Positions 1 to 9,864 of a stretch of 64,000 bases of DNA are shown piece after piece. Each line of letters starts with the position of its first letter. Within the stretch, counting starts at the first letter, position 1. The translations under genes and the position numbers were made by a program. Under the pieces are notes generated by a model. That model was given only the letters and a program-made list of their open reading frames with translations. It was not told the origin of the DNA and made no database searches. Location: NCBI GenBank assembly GCA_902385255.1, contig CABMEV010000003.1:64813-128812 (forward strand). Direction: 5' to 3'. Origin of the DNA: Candidatus Tiddalikarchaeum anstoanum (GTDB lineage Archaea > Nanobdellota > Nanobdellia > Tiddalikarchaeales > Tiddalikarchaeaceae).

Positions 1-774
1 ACTGAACCAGTAATAGTGAAAAATAATAATAACAATGAATTAACAGCAAATATAAGCTTCATAAGGACGCTGCCAGACTTAACGAACACTAACAGCATAA
101 GCGTTTACGACTCATTAGGGAATTATCTGCCAACAACAGTCAAAAATAATTATTACATGATGCCAATAACAGTGCAGGTTAACACTACATTAAACTTTGA
201 CACTATAACACTGAAAAACGTGAACTTATTATCAGCAACTAATGAGGCGGTAAATGAGACAAGCATAGAAGCTTACATTAATTCAAAGAAGGCAGTAATC
301 AGACTGGATAATTTCGCATACAATAATGATTACTACAACGCTACAGTTGATATAACAATATTAGTTCCTAACGCTGAAGAAAACAGCGTGTTAAACGTGA
401 ACTTATTCTACGCAGTGAATAAGACATACAAAATAAACACTTATCCTGCATTGAACGCGGGAATCGTAATGAATTACCAGGCATTATCATCTGTTGTCAG
501 TAAGACTGTCGAAGTGATAACGCAGGTGGAACTTCTGCCTAACGAGGAAAAAGTGCTAATATTATCTTACGAATTAAACACTAATTCAGCAAGAACGTAC
601 GACTCATTAATAGAGGATGATAAAAACGTGACAGTAACAGTGCTGAACGAGTACTTTGCCGGAACAACACCTATTGTTAACTACGAATCGCAAACATCAC
701 AAAGCATAACGAAAACTGTACTGACCAGTAATAAACAGGCAATAATGACGTTGAAGGTGTGGTATTATGAATAA
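1..774 (+). CDS. Asn/Thr-rich putative cell-surface protein, 5' partial (reading frame open from window start; track start at 16 is a GTG)
   Basis: Frame 1 has no stop from position 1. Product is very rich in N/T/S with many N-x-S/T sequons. Stop overlaps the start of the next surface-protein gene. Confidence 0.4.
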   Translation, partial: TEPVIVKNNNNNELTANISFIRTLPDLTNTNSISVYDSLGNYLPTTVKNNYYMMPITVQVNTTLNFDTITLKNVNLLSATNEAVNETSIEAYINSKKAVIRLDNFAYNNDYYNATVDITILVPNAEENSVLNVNLFYAVNKTYKINTYPALNAGIVMNYQALSSVVSKTVEVITQVELLPNEEKVLILSYELNTNSARTYDSLIEDDKNVTVTVLNEYFAGTTPIVNYESQTSQSITKTVLTSNKQAIMTLKVWYYE

Positions 775-3613
775 GAAATCGCAATTCTTCCTAATATCAA
801 CAGTAGCTCTCGCAATAAGCTTAACCACTATAGTATTATTATACACTATACCTTACCAATTATCAATCAACAACTTATTATCCCAGAATTCAGGAGTGTC
901 CGAGTTATCAACACTAATTAAGAGCCTTAACTCATTAACTAACACGTTATATAATAGTTGGCCAAGCATGCAGTCATACAGGACTAATTTTGAAATATTA
1001 AACGTCAACGCTGAAAAAGTCGGGGATGAACCTTTCATAATAACACTGCCAATTAACGATTACGCAAGGGTAACCAGTATGGAATTAAGAGATGAAGATG
1101 GAAGATTATTAGACGCTTCGTACAGCAGCCCAGACAACGGCACATTAACAATATCCTTCAAAGATACGCTAGAAGGAGGAATTTCAAAAACTTACAACGT
1201 GTACTATGATATCATCAGCGATGAAAAGAGTGTATTAAAGGAAGCAGTAGTTAACAGCAGAGTAATTGAAACTTTAAGCTCGTTAAACTATAAATCACCA
1301 TATTATAATATAGTATTCAACAAGAATAACGGGGTAGTGACTGAGTTAGAAGTTGAAGGAGACAATAATAACTTAGCAACTAATTATTACGCAAGAACAA
1401 GAATAGGAGGAACGGATTATGATGAGACGGGGATGACTGCGAACTTCTCCTACGATTACCACAATAATGTTGCATCAATACTAATAGAAGGAGATATAGT
1501 GAGCGGTGTGAGACTGACACAGCACTACTTCCTGCACCCTGAAGGAATAATATTATACCAGGATTATACAATAACAAGTTCCGGAACTTACAATTTAAGC
1601 TACGTATTAGACACCACAGAAAGCCTTGACTCATTAGCTTATGACAACACAGTGAACATTGGCCTAGTTGAACCTGCCGAAACAATATTTAACTCCGAGA
1701 ATTATCACACATTGTTCAAGGATAATACAGGACTTAGCATAATAAACCTAGACAACTCCATCACGACAATAAGCACAGGAGGAGGCATGCACTCCAGGAT
1801 ACAATTAGCATCTAATTCATACAATAGCGGAACGTACACTCAGAGAATAATAATCGTACCTTATTTTAACAATTATACAACTTCAAAAATGATAAGTATG
1901 GCATCACTCAATAACCCTGCAAAAATAACAACGTTATCCAAATCCCAATACTTAGCTTACCAGTTCGAACCATTATTATACTTAAGCAAAGGATACTCTG
2001 ATATATTAACATTCAGCGAGCAAAACAGTGCAGAGAGTACAAGAACTGTATACACAAGCAATTATTACACCAACATCCCAACAGGAAACAGTTTCAGAAC
2101 ATCGAACAATATAGATTATGACACGCTGAATGTTACAAGACTCGGAGAAAACGTACCGCACGGCATTACTACAAAAAACCATAATTATAATTCACAGCTT
2201 GGATTCTTCATTACCAACAATGCAGGATTAAACGTGGATGGAACAATAATTAATTTATTGAACATTGACGGGAAGAATTTCACGCTGAGCATAAACATGA
2301 ATAGTTTACAAGTCAGCGATACGTTAACATTAAATGTTTTCAGCCCGAATAATATCTTAGTAAAAAGTGAAGTCTTAGTGCCAAGCATCCCCGGGAGTTT
2401 TGAGGAGAAGACTATAACAATCAATGGTCTTAACGAGTCAGGAACTTACAAAGTGAACTTGTCAGGGGATAATGTAGTGTTCACTCTACATTCAACCACA
2501 CCATTATTAAACGTGCAGCTTCCTTTCATAATCAACTCTACACTTAATGATTCTTTATACTTCGAGACAGACAATGATTTCTACCTGAACATTACAAGCT
2601 TGGATGGTGACAAAATAATAATCTTAAACAACAGCGCTAACACATTCATTAACGAAGTAACACCTGTCAATGAGATAATAACGCACCATTATTACGGATT
2701 CACACCTTACTATTTGACACTGGAAGGAGGAACTATATTATTAGACGGCAACGTTAATCTTGGAAAAGAAGAGTACTACTTAAACAACGAGAACGCTGTC
2801 GAAGTAGTATTATACGACAGCTTTATCGGAAAACAAGAATATGACTTAGCGTATGATGAAAGCAATACAGGATATTACAGGCAGGAAACTAATATATCAT
2901 TCATTGAATCGGCTAATACGTTAGAGAATAAAGACTACTCGTGGGACTTGGATAATGAAGTGTTTATTTATAAGAATTCAAACAACTGGTTTTACAATGG
3001 CGACTTCTACGCCTGCATGGGAGTGTACGGCGCCTGCAGCACTGAAACTACAAATTTCACATACGATGCATTATTGGATGATAACGAACTGTTTAAAACT
3101 GCAAGTTTCAACTCAGACAGCATAAAACCAGTAATAACAGTCTATAACGATTCCAGCCTGTTCAAAATAGTAATATCTAATCCTATAGGACTCAACTATT
3201 ATTTCGGATTAAACATTAGAATAAACGGGGACGCTGACACTTATTACAAGACTAGTTTCACGCAGGAACAACCACTTTCCGTAACTGAATTTATTAATTC
3301 AACAATAATTGATGAGACAGGATGGTCTTACATAGGAAAGAGGGACAGTACTAGTGCGGCTGCGTTATTTGCCAAGACTTCAGATTTAGAGCAGGGAAGC
3401 GTTACTGGAATAATAAGTAATGATTATTTAAGAATGGGATTAAACGGTTTTGGAACAAAAACATTATACTTCTACATAGGTGATGACTGGAATAGTGTTG
3501 AAAAAGTTGAATCTTACCTAAACAGTATGCCTGAATCTAGGAATGAACCTATTAATTATTTCTACACTTACACTAGCGGAAATGTGAAAAGTATAGGAAC
3601 GCTAATTGGATGA
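767..3613 (+). CDS. Large (948 aa) membrane-anchored, Asn/Thr-rich putative surface glycoprotein, possibly S-layer-like
   Basis: N-terminal hydrophobic anchor (FFLISTVALAISLTTIVLLYTIPY) followed by a long low-complexity N/T/S/Y-rich region with many N-glycosylation sequons. No enzymatic motif recognised. Confidence 0.45.
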   Translation: MNKKSQFFLISTVALAISLTTIVLLYTIPYQLSINNLLSQNSGVSELSTLIKSLNSLTNTLYNSWPSMQSYRTNFEILNVNAEKVGDEPFIITLPINDYARVTSMELRDEDGRLLDASYSSPDNGTLTISFKDTLEGGISKTYNVYYDIISDEKSVLKEAVVNSRVIETLSSLNYKSPYYNIVFNKNNGVVTELEVEGDNNNLATNYYARTRIGGTDYDETGMTANFSYDYHNNVASILIEGDIVSGVRLTQHYFLHPEGIILYQDYTITSSGTYNLSYVLDTTESLDSLAYDNTVNIGLVEPAETIFNSENYHTLFKDNTGLSIINLDNSITTISTGGGMHSRIQLASNSYNSGTYTQRIIIVPYFNNYTTSKMISMASLNNPAKITTLSKSQYLAYQFEPLLYLSKGYSDILTFSEQNSAESTRTVYTSNYYTNIPTGNSFRTSNNIDYDTLNVTRLGENVPHGITTKNHNYNSQLGFFITNNAGLNVDGTIINLLNIDGKNFTLSINMNSLQVSDTLTLNVFSPNNILVKSEVLVPSIPGSFEEKTITINGLNESGTYKVNLSGDNVVFTLHSTTPLLNVQLPFIINSTLNDSLYFETDNDFYLNITSLDGDKIIILNNSANTFINEVTPVNEIITHHYYGFTPYYLTLEGGTILLDGNVNLGKEEYYLNNENAVEVVLYDSFIGKQEYDLAYDESNTGYYRQETNISFIESANTLENKDYSWDLDNEVFIYKNSNNWFYNGDFYACMGVYGACSTETTNFTYDALLDDNELFKTASFNSDSIKPVITVYNDSSLFKIVISNPIGLNYYFGLNIRINGDADTYYKTSFTQEQPLSVTEFINSTIIDETGWSYIGKRDSTSAAALFAKTSDLEQGSVTGIISNDYLRMGLNGFGTKTLYFYIGDDWNSVEKVESYLNSMPESRNEPINYFYTYTSGNVKSIGTLIG

Positions 3614-4711
3614 AAGAAACTGTTGATAATATTCTAATACTTTATGAGCTGAGCAGTGAACTATTTTCGAAAAAGTTAATGCTTTCTCCTTCAACTCCCT
3701 TCTAATTTTTGAATTCTTGAATAATTTGCTAATCTTAACAGGGGTCTGGTAGTGCGAGAACTTCTTATACATCTCTTTCTTGCTTAATCCTATGCCTAGT
3801 GTCATGCATGCCTTGGCGTAGACTAGGAATCTCCAATACTGCCTTTTTTCTATCCTTCCTAGGAATACGTCAGCTCGGCTCGCCCAGTCGTATGCTTCCC
3901 TGACTTCAATTGGGTCCTCGTACTCGTTAATTATATTTTCAGCAATCCATAAGTTGACATCTTTTAATTCTAAATCATCAAAATTATCCAATGATTCATT
4001 TAAAGTATCCAAACTCTTCGACTTGAAGACCATCTTTAACACGTCGAATATGTTGACGGTTTTTGCCCTCTCGAATAATTCGTCAACGTCGGCATCGCCT
4101 TTAACATTCTGTAAGTCATTAAGTGCGCTTCTAACATCACCCTGCGCCAAGCTTGCAATCTTTTTCAGACTAATTGTTGATAATGTGAGGCCTTCCTTTT
4201 CGCAGACGTATTTTAAGAGTTTGAACACGTCCCAATATCCTCTCTTTTTAAATTTTATAACTTGGACGTTTGGCTTTATTGACTGCAATTTATCGCTGTA
4301 CTCGTCGTTTGCAGTCATTATTATCGGATAATACGTCTCTTTCACCACTTTGTTAATCTCTGCAACCCCTCCTCTGTCTGCGTTGCCGTACAAGCCGTCT
4401 ATTTCATCTATTAGTATAATCTTAGGCCTTGCTAGAAGGGTTGCCTGCTTGCTGGCATTGCCTACCACGTTATGGATATTGTCAGCATTCCTCTTGTCGC
4501 TCGCGTTTACTTCAATGACATCGTAGCCCTTGCTGTTCGCAACTGCGTATACGCTGCTGGTTTTCCCGCTTCCTTCAGGGCCGACTAATAATACTGCTTT
4601 CTTTTTCTCGTTCTTGAAATTATCCACGAAATCAGAAATGATTTTTACATTCTCATCTAACCCGAACAATTCCTTAACACTCTTCGGATTATACTTGTCA
4701 ACAAAGTTCAT
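3602..4711 (-). CDS. rfcL: Replication factor C large subunit
   Basis: AAA+ Walker A (LLVGPEGSGKTS), Walker B (ILIDEIDGL) and N-terminal KYNPKS..L.G motif typical of RFC. Lies immediately downstream of the RFC small subunit on the same strand. Confidence 0.8.
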   Translation of the reverse strand: MNFVDKYNPKSVKELFGLDENVKIISDFVDNFKNEKKKAVLLVGPEGSGKTSSVYAVANSKGYDVIEVNASDKRNADNIHNVVGNASKQATLLARPKIILIDEIDGLYGNADRGGVAEINKVVKETYYPIIMTANDEYSDKLQSIKPNVQVIKFKKRGYWDVFKLLKYVCEKEGLTLSTISLKKIASLAQGDVRSALNDLQNVKGDADVDELFERAKTVNIFDVLKMVFKSKSLDTLNESLDNFDDLELKDVNLWIAENIINEYEDPIEVREAYDWASRADVFLGRIEKRQYWRFLVYAKACMTLGIGLSKKEMYKKFSHYQTPVKISKLFKNSKIRRELKEKALTFSKIVHCSAHKVLEYYQQFLSSN

Positions 4712-4713
4712 GA

Positions 4714-5661
4714 TTATTCAGCTTTGAAAAACTGGGCGAGTAAACTCTCAAGCTGGACGTACTCGTCGCTTCCTTCTACAAGCCTAAACTCGTAATCGCC
4801 GACGACTCCTATTAATCGAATCTTGGTTTTTGCGCTAACCTTGTCAAGGTTCAAAACTTCCTGCTGTACTTGTTTTATGACATCGATTCCTGACAAGCCG
4901 TGCTTTATCATAGTGTCAAAAAGTAAATCTCGCGCTTTGATGAAGTCGCCGCTAACAGCTATCTCCAAACAATTCTTTATATCTTTCGGGTGGGCGAGAT
5001 TTGAAACTTCATAAACTAACTCCTTGCTAATAGTTGTTCCTATAACGCTTGCTGACTGCAATGTATTAATCGCTTTCCTAAGGTCTCCTCCGCTTACGTT
5101 GAACACTTCCTCCAAGACTGAATCATCAGCTTTCAATTTTTCACCAACTACTATTTTTTTCAGGAAGTCTATTACATCCTTCTTGTCTAATGGCTTAAAT
5201 TTGAATAATACGCACCTTGACTGGATTGGGTCTATAATCTTGCTTGAATAGTTGCAGTCAAGTATGAATCTGCAGCTGGAACTGTACTTCTCCATTGTAC
5301 GCCTTAATGCCTGCTGCGCCTCCCTGGTTAACGCGTCGCTCTCGCCGAGGAATATTATCTTGTAAGGCGCGGCGCCGAGAGCCTTACTTCTTGCGAAGTC
5401 CTTGACTTTATTCCTTATAGTATCTATTCCTCTTTCATCGCTCGCGTTTAATTCCAGAAAGTTTTGTTCAATATTAGAGCCGTATAAGTCATTGGCGAGC
5501 GCTAACGCGCATGTCGTCTTACCTGTACCTGCAGGGCCTGCAAATAATAAGTGGGGCATGCTTTCGCTTTTAGTGAAACCTATTAATCTTTTTATGATAC
5601 TTTGCTGGCCAACAACATCTTTTAATGATCTTGGCCTATATTTCTCAGTCCAGACATCCAT
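4714..5661 (-). CDS. rfcS: Replication factor C small subunit
   Basis: WTEKYRP..L.DVVGQ, P-loop FAGPAGTGKTT, NASDERGID and SRC-like (QSRC) motifs. Size of 315 aa indicates no intein. Confidence 0.85.
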   Translation of the reverse strand: MDVWTEKYRPRSLKDVVGQQSIIKRLIGFTKSESMPHLLFAGPAGTGKTTCALALANDLYGSNIEQNFLELNASDERGIDTIRNKVKDFARSKALGAAPYKIIFLGESDALTREAQQALRRTMEKYSSSCRFILDCNYSSKIIDPIQSRCVLFKFKPLDKKDVIDFLKKIVVGEKLKADDSVLEEVFNVSGGDLRKAINTLQSASVIGTTISKELVYEVSNLAHPKDIKNCLEIAVSGDFIKARDLLFDTMIKHGLSGIDVIKQVQQEVLNLDKVSAKTKIRLIGVVGDYEFRLVEGSDEYVQLESLLAQFFKAE

Positions 5662-5740
5662 AAATAAATTAGGATAAGATGTCGGCTTAAAAATATTTTC
5701 TAAGAAGGTTTATAAATATAGTATTTTAGGACTATTTACT

Positions 5741-6070
5741 ATGCATAACATAACATTAAGTGAAGTTTCTAAGTTGTGCTCCTGGAGCGGCGGCGCAGGT
5801 TACTTAATAGTGCCTAAAGGAGAATTAATTCAAAGCTTGGGTGATAAGGTTAGTTTTGCAGTGCCTTTACCTTTAATTTGCAAATACGGCGGATTAGACA
5901 GTTTTGCAATGACTTACGCAGAGAATACTCAGAACGTTAAGATAGTTAGCGGTGAGCATTTATTCTTGGAGAATGATGCAGTGATTCAGCTTCAACCTGA
6001 AGTCAAAACTGGCAGCAACTTGTGCAGTATTATGATAAAGGATAAGCAGATTAATTACAAGATTATTTGA
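5741..6070 (+). CDS. Hypothetical small protein, paralog of the 6083-6436 product
   Basis: Shares G-x-I-x-PKG ... VSG ... I-x-LQ pattern with the downstream ORF, indicating tandem duplication. Confidence 0.35.
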   Translation: MHNITLSEVSKLCSWSGGAGYLIVPKGELIQSLGDKVSFAVPLPLICKYGGLDSFAMTYAENTQNVKIVSGEHLFLENDAVIQLQPEVKTGSNLCSIMIKDKQINYKII

Positions 6071-6082
6071 GGAGTATTTTTT

Positions 6083-6436
6083 ATGAGTGTTATTGAATCT
6101 TTTTCCAGCTCGATTTCAGACTTAAGTTCTTGGCTGTCTCATTTTCCAGTATCAGAAAATGAAGCTGGAGGAGTAATCATTCCAAAAGGAAAAAGCTTGG
6201 ATGAAGTGATTCTGTCAGGCAGCATTAATTTTGAGGTTTCTAAAGAATTAATTGACTATTTTGGAAGCATTGAGAATGTGGCTAAAGGATACATGTACAG
6301 CCCAAGAAAGTGCGAAGTGTCAGGTTCGACTATAATTTTTGGAGATTACTCAATAAGGTTGCAGCAGGCATGTTCTAAGAAGATTTACTTGTATGCTGAA
6401 GAAGGTATTAGTTTTACGAATGAAGAAGCGGACTAA
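6083..6436 (+). CDS. Hypothetical small protein, paralog of the 5741-6070 product
   Basis: Alignable by eye with the upstream ORF (AGGVIIPKGKSL / VSGSTIIF / IRLQQ). Confidence 0.35.
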   Translation: MSVIESFSSSISDLSSWLSHFPVSENEAGGVIIPKGKSLDEVILSGSINFEVSKELIDYFGSIENVAKGYMYSPRKCEVSGSTIIFGDYSIRLQQACSKKIYLYAEEGISFTNEEAD

Positions 6437-6443
6437 AAAAAAC

Positions 6444-6725
6444 TTATTCTACTAATCCGAATTTTTTTAACCTTTCAACTATTTTTGTTACATCTATTAA
6501 TAGTTTCTTCTCGTCTACTTTCGATGGCACTTTGATGTTCTCGTTTAACACTTTGATGAATTCCTTGGTTATTTGTTCCGTATTTTTTGTGCCGTCGCAT
6601 AACTGCCAGACTATTAAGTACGCGTTGTCTAATTTGTAGAATTTCTGGTTCTCTTTGTCGGCGACGCCTATTGAATCCTTATTCTTTGCCGGGACGAAAC
6701 GCGAGACTCTTTTTGGATTGGCCAT
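6444..6725 (-). CDS. PqqD-family (RiPP-recognition-element-like) small protein
   Basis: 93 aa; YKLDNAYLIVWQLCDGTKNTEQI ... DVTKIVERLKKFGLV matches the PqqD pattern (L-N-x-A-x-x-I-W-x-L-x-DG ... L-x-x-x-G-L) as recalled from family knowledge. Confidence 0.5.
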   Translation of the reverse strand: MANPKRVSRFVPAKNKDSIGVADKENQKFYKLDNAYLIVWQLCDGTKNTEQITKEFIKVLNENIKVPSKVDEKKLLIDVTKIVERLKKFGLVE

Positions 6726-6800
6726 GAAAATATAGAAAGGCAGGTTGTTTAAAAACTTAATTCCGAAAGATTTTTAACCAAAATAATTTAGCGGCTTATT

Positions 6801-7094
6801 ATGATTAATACAAGTAGTATAATATTAAATGATAATAAGACGCTTTCAGGGGTGCTTACTAATATTCATTATTATATCCTTGAGAAAGGAGGAATTGCAT
6901 TGGAGAATGGTGAATCTAGATATTCTGGAAAAAACTGGAAAGAAACATATTTTTATAAAAATTCATCAGTCTTAATATCTTTTTGTGTGGAGCCTCTAAA
7001 TAAGTCTTACATAAAAGTTGTTTCCGAGACTAAAGAATTATTTCAGGAAGTGCTTCGTTTAACACCAAAAACGCTGATAAAGCGAATAGAATAA
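6801..7094 (+). CDS. Hypothetical protein
   Basis: ORF of 97 aa with no recognisable motif. Confidence 0.25.
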   Translation: MINTSSIILNDNKTLSGVLTNIHYYILEKGGIALENGESRYSGKNWKETYFYKNSSVLISFCVEPLNKSYIKVVSETKELFQEVLRLTPKTLIKRIE

Positions 7095-7100
7095 AAGTAC

Positions 7101-7143
7101 TTTATAAACCTTTATAAATACTCCTTTATAAGTTATTTATAAA
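7101..7143 (+). promoter_or_regulatory. Four tandem TTTATAA(A) TATA-box-like elements upstream of the TBP gene
   Basis: TTTATAA at 7101, 7111, 7125 and 7136, followed by an AGGGGG Shine-Dalgarno-like element at 7151-7156 and the ATG at 7171. Confidence 0.4.
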
Positions 7144-7170
7144 TAAACAAAGGGGGTAATTTTTTTAAAA

Positions 7171-7794
7171 ATGGGTGCAACAAGTTACACAATTCAAAAT
7201 GTTGTCGCCAGCGCGTCGCTTTTTGCTGACGTTCCTTTAGAGAAGGTGGCGACAAAATTGGCAAATACTGAGTATAATCCTGAACAATTCCCAGGACTCG
7301 TACTTAGACTTACAAGCTTAGGAATAACAGCGCTTGTATTCTCAAGCGGTAAGATAGTAGTTACAGGAGTAAAGAGCGAGGACGGAGTGCCTAGTGCCGT
7401 AAAGGATATACAGAAGGAGTTAAACAAAGCAGGCATAAAGTTCACAAAGAAGCCTGAGATGAAGGTTGAGAATATGGTGGCAAGCGGGGATATAGGGCTC
7501 ACGCTTAACCTTACTGACTTAGCTTTCAACCTGCCGACTGCAGAGTATGAGCCTGAACAATTCCCAGGACTTGTCTATAAAGTCCCAGGGTGGCATATAA
7601 CTTTCTTATTATTTAGTACTGGAAAGATAGTCTGTACTGGTGCGAAGAATGAGGGAGAGATTAAGAAAGCAGTAGCGGATTTAAGAAAGATGCTTGTAGG
7701 CATGAAGAAAGGAAAAGAAGAGAAAGAAGCCGGAATTAAGAAAACTAAAGAAGAAAAAGAAGCCAGTGCCAAAAAAGCCAAAGAAGAGAAATAA
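7171..7794 (+). CDS. tbp: TATA-box-binding protein with a Lys/Glu-rich C-terminal tail
   Basis: Two direct repeats, each with EYNPEQFPGLV...FSSGKIVVTG / EYEPEQFPGLV...FSTGKIVCTG, the classic TBP fold signature. Ends with a KEEKE-type repeated tail. Confidence 0.85.
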   Translation: MGATSYTIQNVVASASLFADVPLEKVATKLANTEYNPEQFPGLVLRLTSLGITALVFSSGKIVVTGVKSEDGVPSAVKDIQKELNKAGIKFTKKPEMKVENMVASGDIGLTLNLTDLAFNLPTAEYEPEQFPGLVYKVPGWHITFLLFSTGKIVCTGAKNEGEIKKAVADLRKMLVGMKKGKEEKEAGIKKTKEEKEASAKKAKEEK

Positions 7795-7827
7795 ATTTTT
7801 TTTCTCTTAAATTTTATTTTTTATTTT

Positions 7828-8538
7828 TTAACTTACACTTACTGTGAAACTGTAAATTTCTGTTTCATTACTGTTTAATACATTGTCTTCTGCAATTATT
7901 TTCCAGTAAATAGTCTCGCCATTGTATCCTGTTGTGTCCCAAGTATAATTAGCCCAGCCGTTTGAGGCGTTGATTAATATTGTTGAATTGTCAATCCAAG
8001 TTCCGGAATGGTTTGTCTGCAATTTTGTGCTGTACACGTTGAAGTTGTCTGCCCAGTGGCTGCTGAGAGTTATTACATCTCCAGGAGTAGGGTTAGGATT
8101 TGATTCTGCAATATCAGAATAACTAGGGGCTTTGTTTAATATGCTGAAACTATTGAAATAAGTCTCATTCATGTTATTATTCTTGTCAAAGCCGAAAAAT
8201 TTGTAATAGACGCTGTGGCCTTCATAATCTGGGTTATCAATGATGCGGGTTGTGTTGCTCCATCCGTTATCGAAATTGTTTAGTGTGCTGTTCTCGAAAC
8301 TGTTAGTTATATTCCATTCGAACAAGTAGTAATTAAGCCTTACTTCATCAGTCCAGTAAGCGCTGAAAGCCACGCATTCGTTTATAGCGTTTATACTTGT
8401 TGTGTTTGAGTTGTATTCGCTGTACACTGGCGGGGCAATATCTATTCTGAACTGAAAACTTACGAATCCGTTAGTCTGGGCGAATGAGTAAGGTATTAAT
8501 AATAAAAATAGAACTACTGCTACTACTTGCCTTTTCAT
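7828..8538 (-). CDS. Secreted protein sharing a domain with the C-terminal region of the 9865-11877 product
   Basis: N-terminal signal peptide (MKRQVVAVVLFLLLIPYSFAQ). SSHWADNFNVY ... NGWANYTWDTTGYNGE aligns with SSYWSDNLYLNY ... NGWSNFTFDTAGYGDE in the large Cys-rich protein. Confidence 0.45.
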   Translation of the reverse strand: MKRQVVAVVLFLLLIPYSFAQTNGFVSFQFRIDIAPPVYSEYNSNTTSINAINECVAFSAYWTDEVRLNYYLFEWNITNSFENSTLNNFDNGWSNTTRIIDNPDYEGHSVYYKFFGFDKNNNMNETYFNSFSILNKAPSYSDIAESNPNPTPGDVITLSSHWADNFNVYSTKLQTNHSGTWIDNSTILINASNGWANYTWDTTGYNGETIYWKIIAEDNVLNSNETEIYSFTVSVS

Positions 8539-8587
8539 GTTTCACTTACCTATTTTAAAAAAAAGTTTTAAAAAAAAATAAAAACCT

Positions 8588-9127
8588 TTATGTTGTGTGT
8601 CTTGTACTGCTTACTATTATTGTTCTCTGGAAAGTTGTAGCACCTGTTGCTGTATCATCTGCTGCGATTCTCTGCCATACTTGTACAGTGTCAGCGCCTA
8701 TTGCAGGGATATTATGTGCCCATAATGGTTCTTGGTCTGCATTTGTTAGTGTTAAATAAGCTGAAGCGTTGTATGTTTGCTCATTTCCAATAGCTATTGT
8801 AACACCTGTTGGTGCGGTAGCATTCATTTTGAAGTTTAGGTTTATTGCTACATTTCCATTGTTTGTAATATTCCAGTCACCTTTAACAGCATCTGCACAA
8901 GTGTCGTCAGGTCTTGATGCTATGTCACTTATTAGTGTAATTCCAGGTGAGAATTCTAGTATTCCAGTTTCATTTCCGCCAACTTCACAAAGTGTTGGTA
9001 TTATTATAGTTGTGTCCTCTATGATTTGTACTTGAAATCCTAAATTTCCACCGCCTGCTAATGCGACAGGTAATACGAACAAAACTAGCAGTACTAGCGT
9101 ACTTAATGCTTTGTTCAACGTTTTCAT
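8588..9127 (-). CDS. Secreted protein with signal peptide
   Basis: N-terminal MKTLNKALSTLVLLVLFVLPVALA signal-like segment. Remainder is T/N/A-rich with no recognised motif. Confidence 0.4.
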   Translation of the reverse strand: MKTLNKALSTLVLLVLFVLPVALAGGGNLGFQVQIIEDTTIIIPTLCEVGGNETGILEFSPGITLISDIASRPDDTCADAVKGDWNITNNGNVAINLNFKMNATAPTGVTIAIGNEQTYNASAYLTLTNADQEPLWAHNIPAIGADTVQVWQRIAADDTATGATTFQRTIIVSSTRHTT

Positions 9128-9164
9128 GAATAAGTTAGTTTAGTTCTAGATTTTTAAATCTTTG

Positions 9165-9815
9165 TTATTCTTTATGAGTTACTCTTTTTTTCTTTATTGA
9201 AAAATAACCAATTGCGACTATCACTACTGCCCCAATTCCAATTATTATAAAATTCTCACTTAGAAATGCTTTGACAAGTGTAAATGTCGACGGTGTCCAG
9301 TCCTGAGGAATGACAATACGCATATCTATTACATTGTTCAGTACAAAAGCAGAACCTGTATCTAATTGTATATCAGTTCTAGCGTGAAGTACTTTACCTG
9401 CAGCATATACTTCATTTTCAACTGGGAATGTGAAGTGTACAATTACCGGAATATCTGTATTAGCGGAAACGTTTACCGGGTGGTCGATGCTCGTAATGAA
9501 CTGTGTGGCAGGGTATATTATAGTCTCAGTGTTCCATGTATAATCCTGTTGTTGGACGCTGTGAGTATAGTTGAAAACTTCATCTACTATTAGTCTGAAG
9601 TTGTCGCTTTCATTAAGGCTTGGGCCTGTAACGCAGCAGTAGAATGTTATTTCTCCAGACTGGCCTGGTTCTATATTAGTTCCAGGAGAATTATTAGAAC
9701 AGTGCCATACTAAGTTGCCTGTTTGGTAGCTGCAGGAAGTTGATGATGCTTCGGCGGATAAGACATTGTTTATCCCAAAAAGTGCAATGATTAAAATGGT
9801 GACTAATTTATTCAT
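9165..9815 (-). CDS. Surface protein with N-terminal signal peptide and C-terminal transmembrane anchor
   Basis: N-terminal hydrophobic signal; C-terminal IIIGIGAVVIVAIGYFSI followed by basic KKKRVTHKE tail. Confidence 0.4.
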   Translation of the reverse strand: MNKLVTILIIALFGINNVLSAEASSTSCSYQTGNLVWHCSNNSPGTNIEPGQSGEITFYCCVTGPSLNESDNFRLIVDEVFNYTHSVQQQDYTWNTETIIYPATQFITSIDHPVNVSANTDIPVIVHFTFPVENEVYAAGKVLHARTDIQLDTGSAFVLNNVIDMRIVIPQDWTPSTFTLVKAFLSENFIIIGIGAVVIVAIGYFSIKKKRVTHKE

Positions 9816-9864
9816 TTATCTAACTCCTTTAAAGTATTCACTTTTATTTAATGTTTTTCTTTTT

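Noticed and set aside
8588-9127. Possible archaeal type IV pilin or archaellin with class III signal peptide
   Set aside because: The N-terminus is hydrophobic, but I could not identify a convincing class III cleavage motif followed by the conserved pilin N-terminal helix; left as a generic secreted protein.
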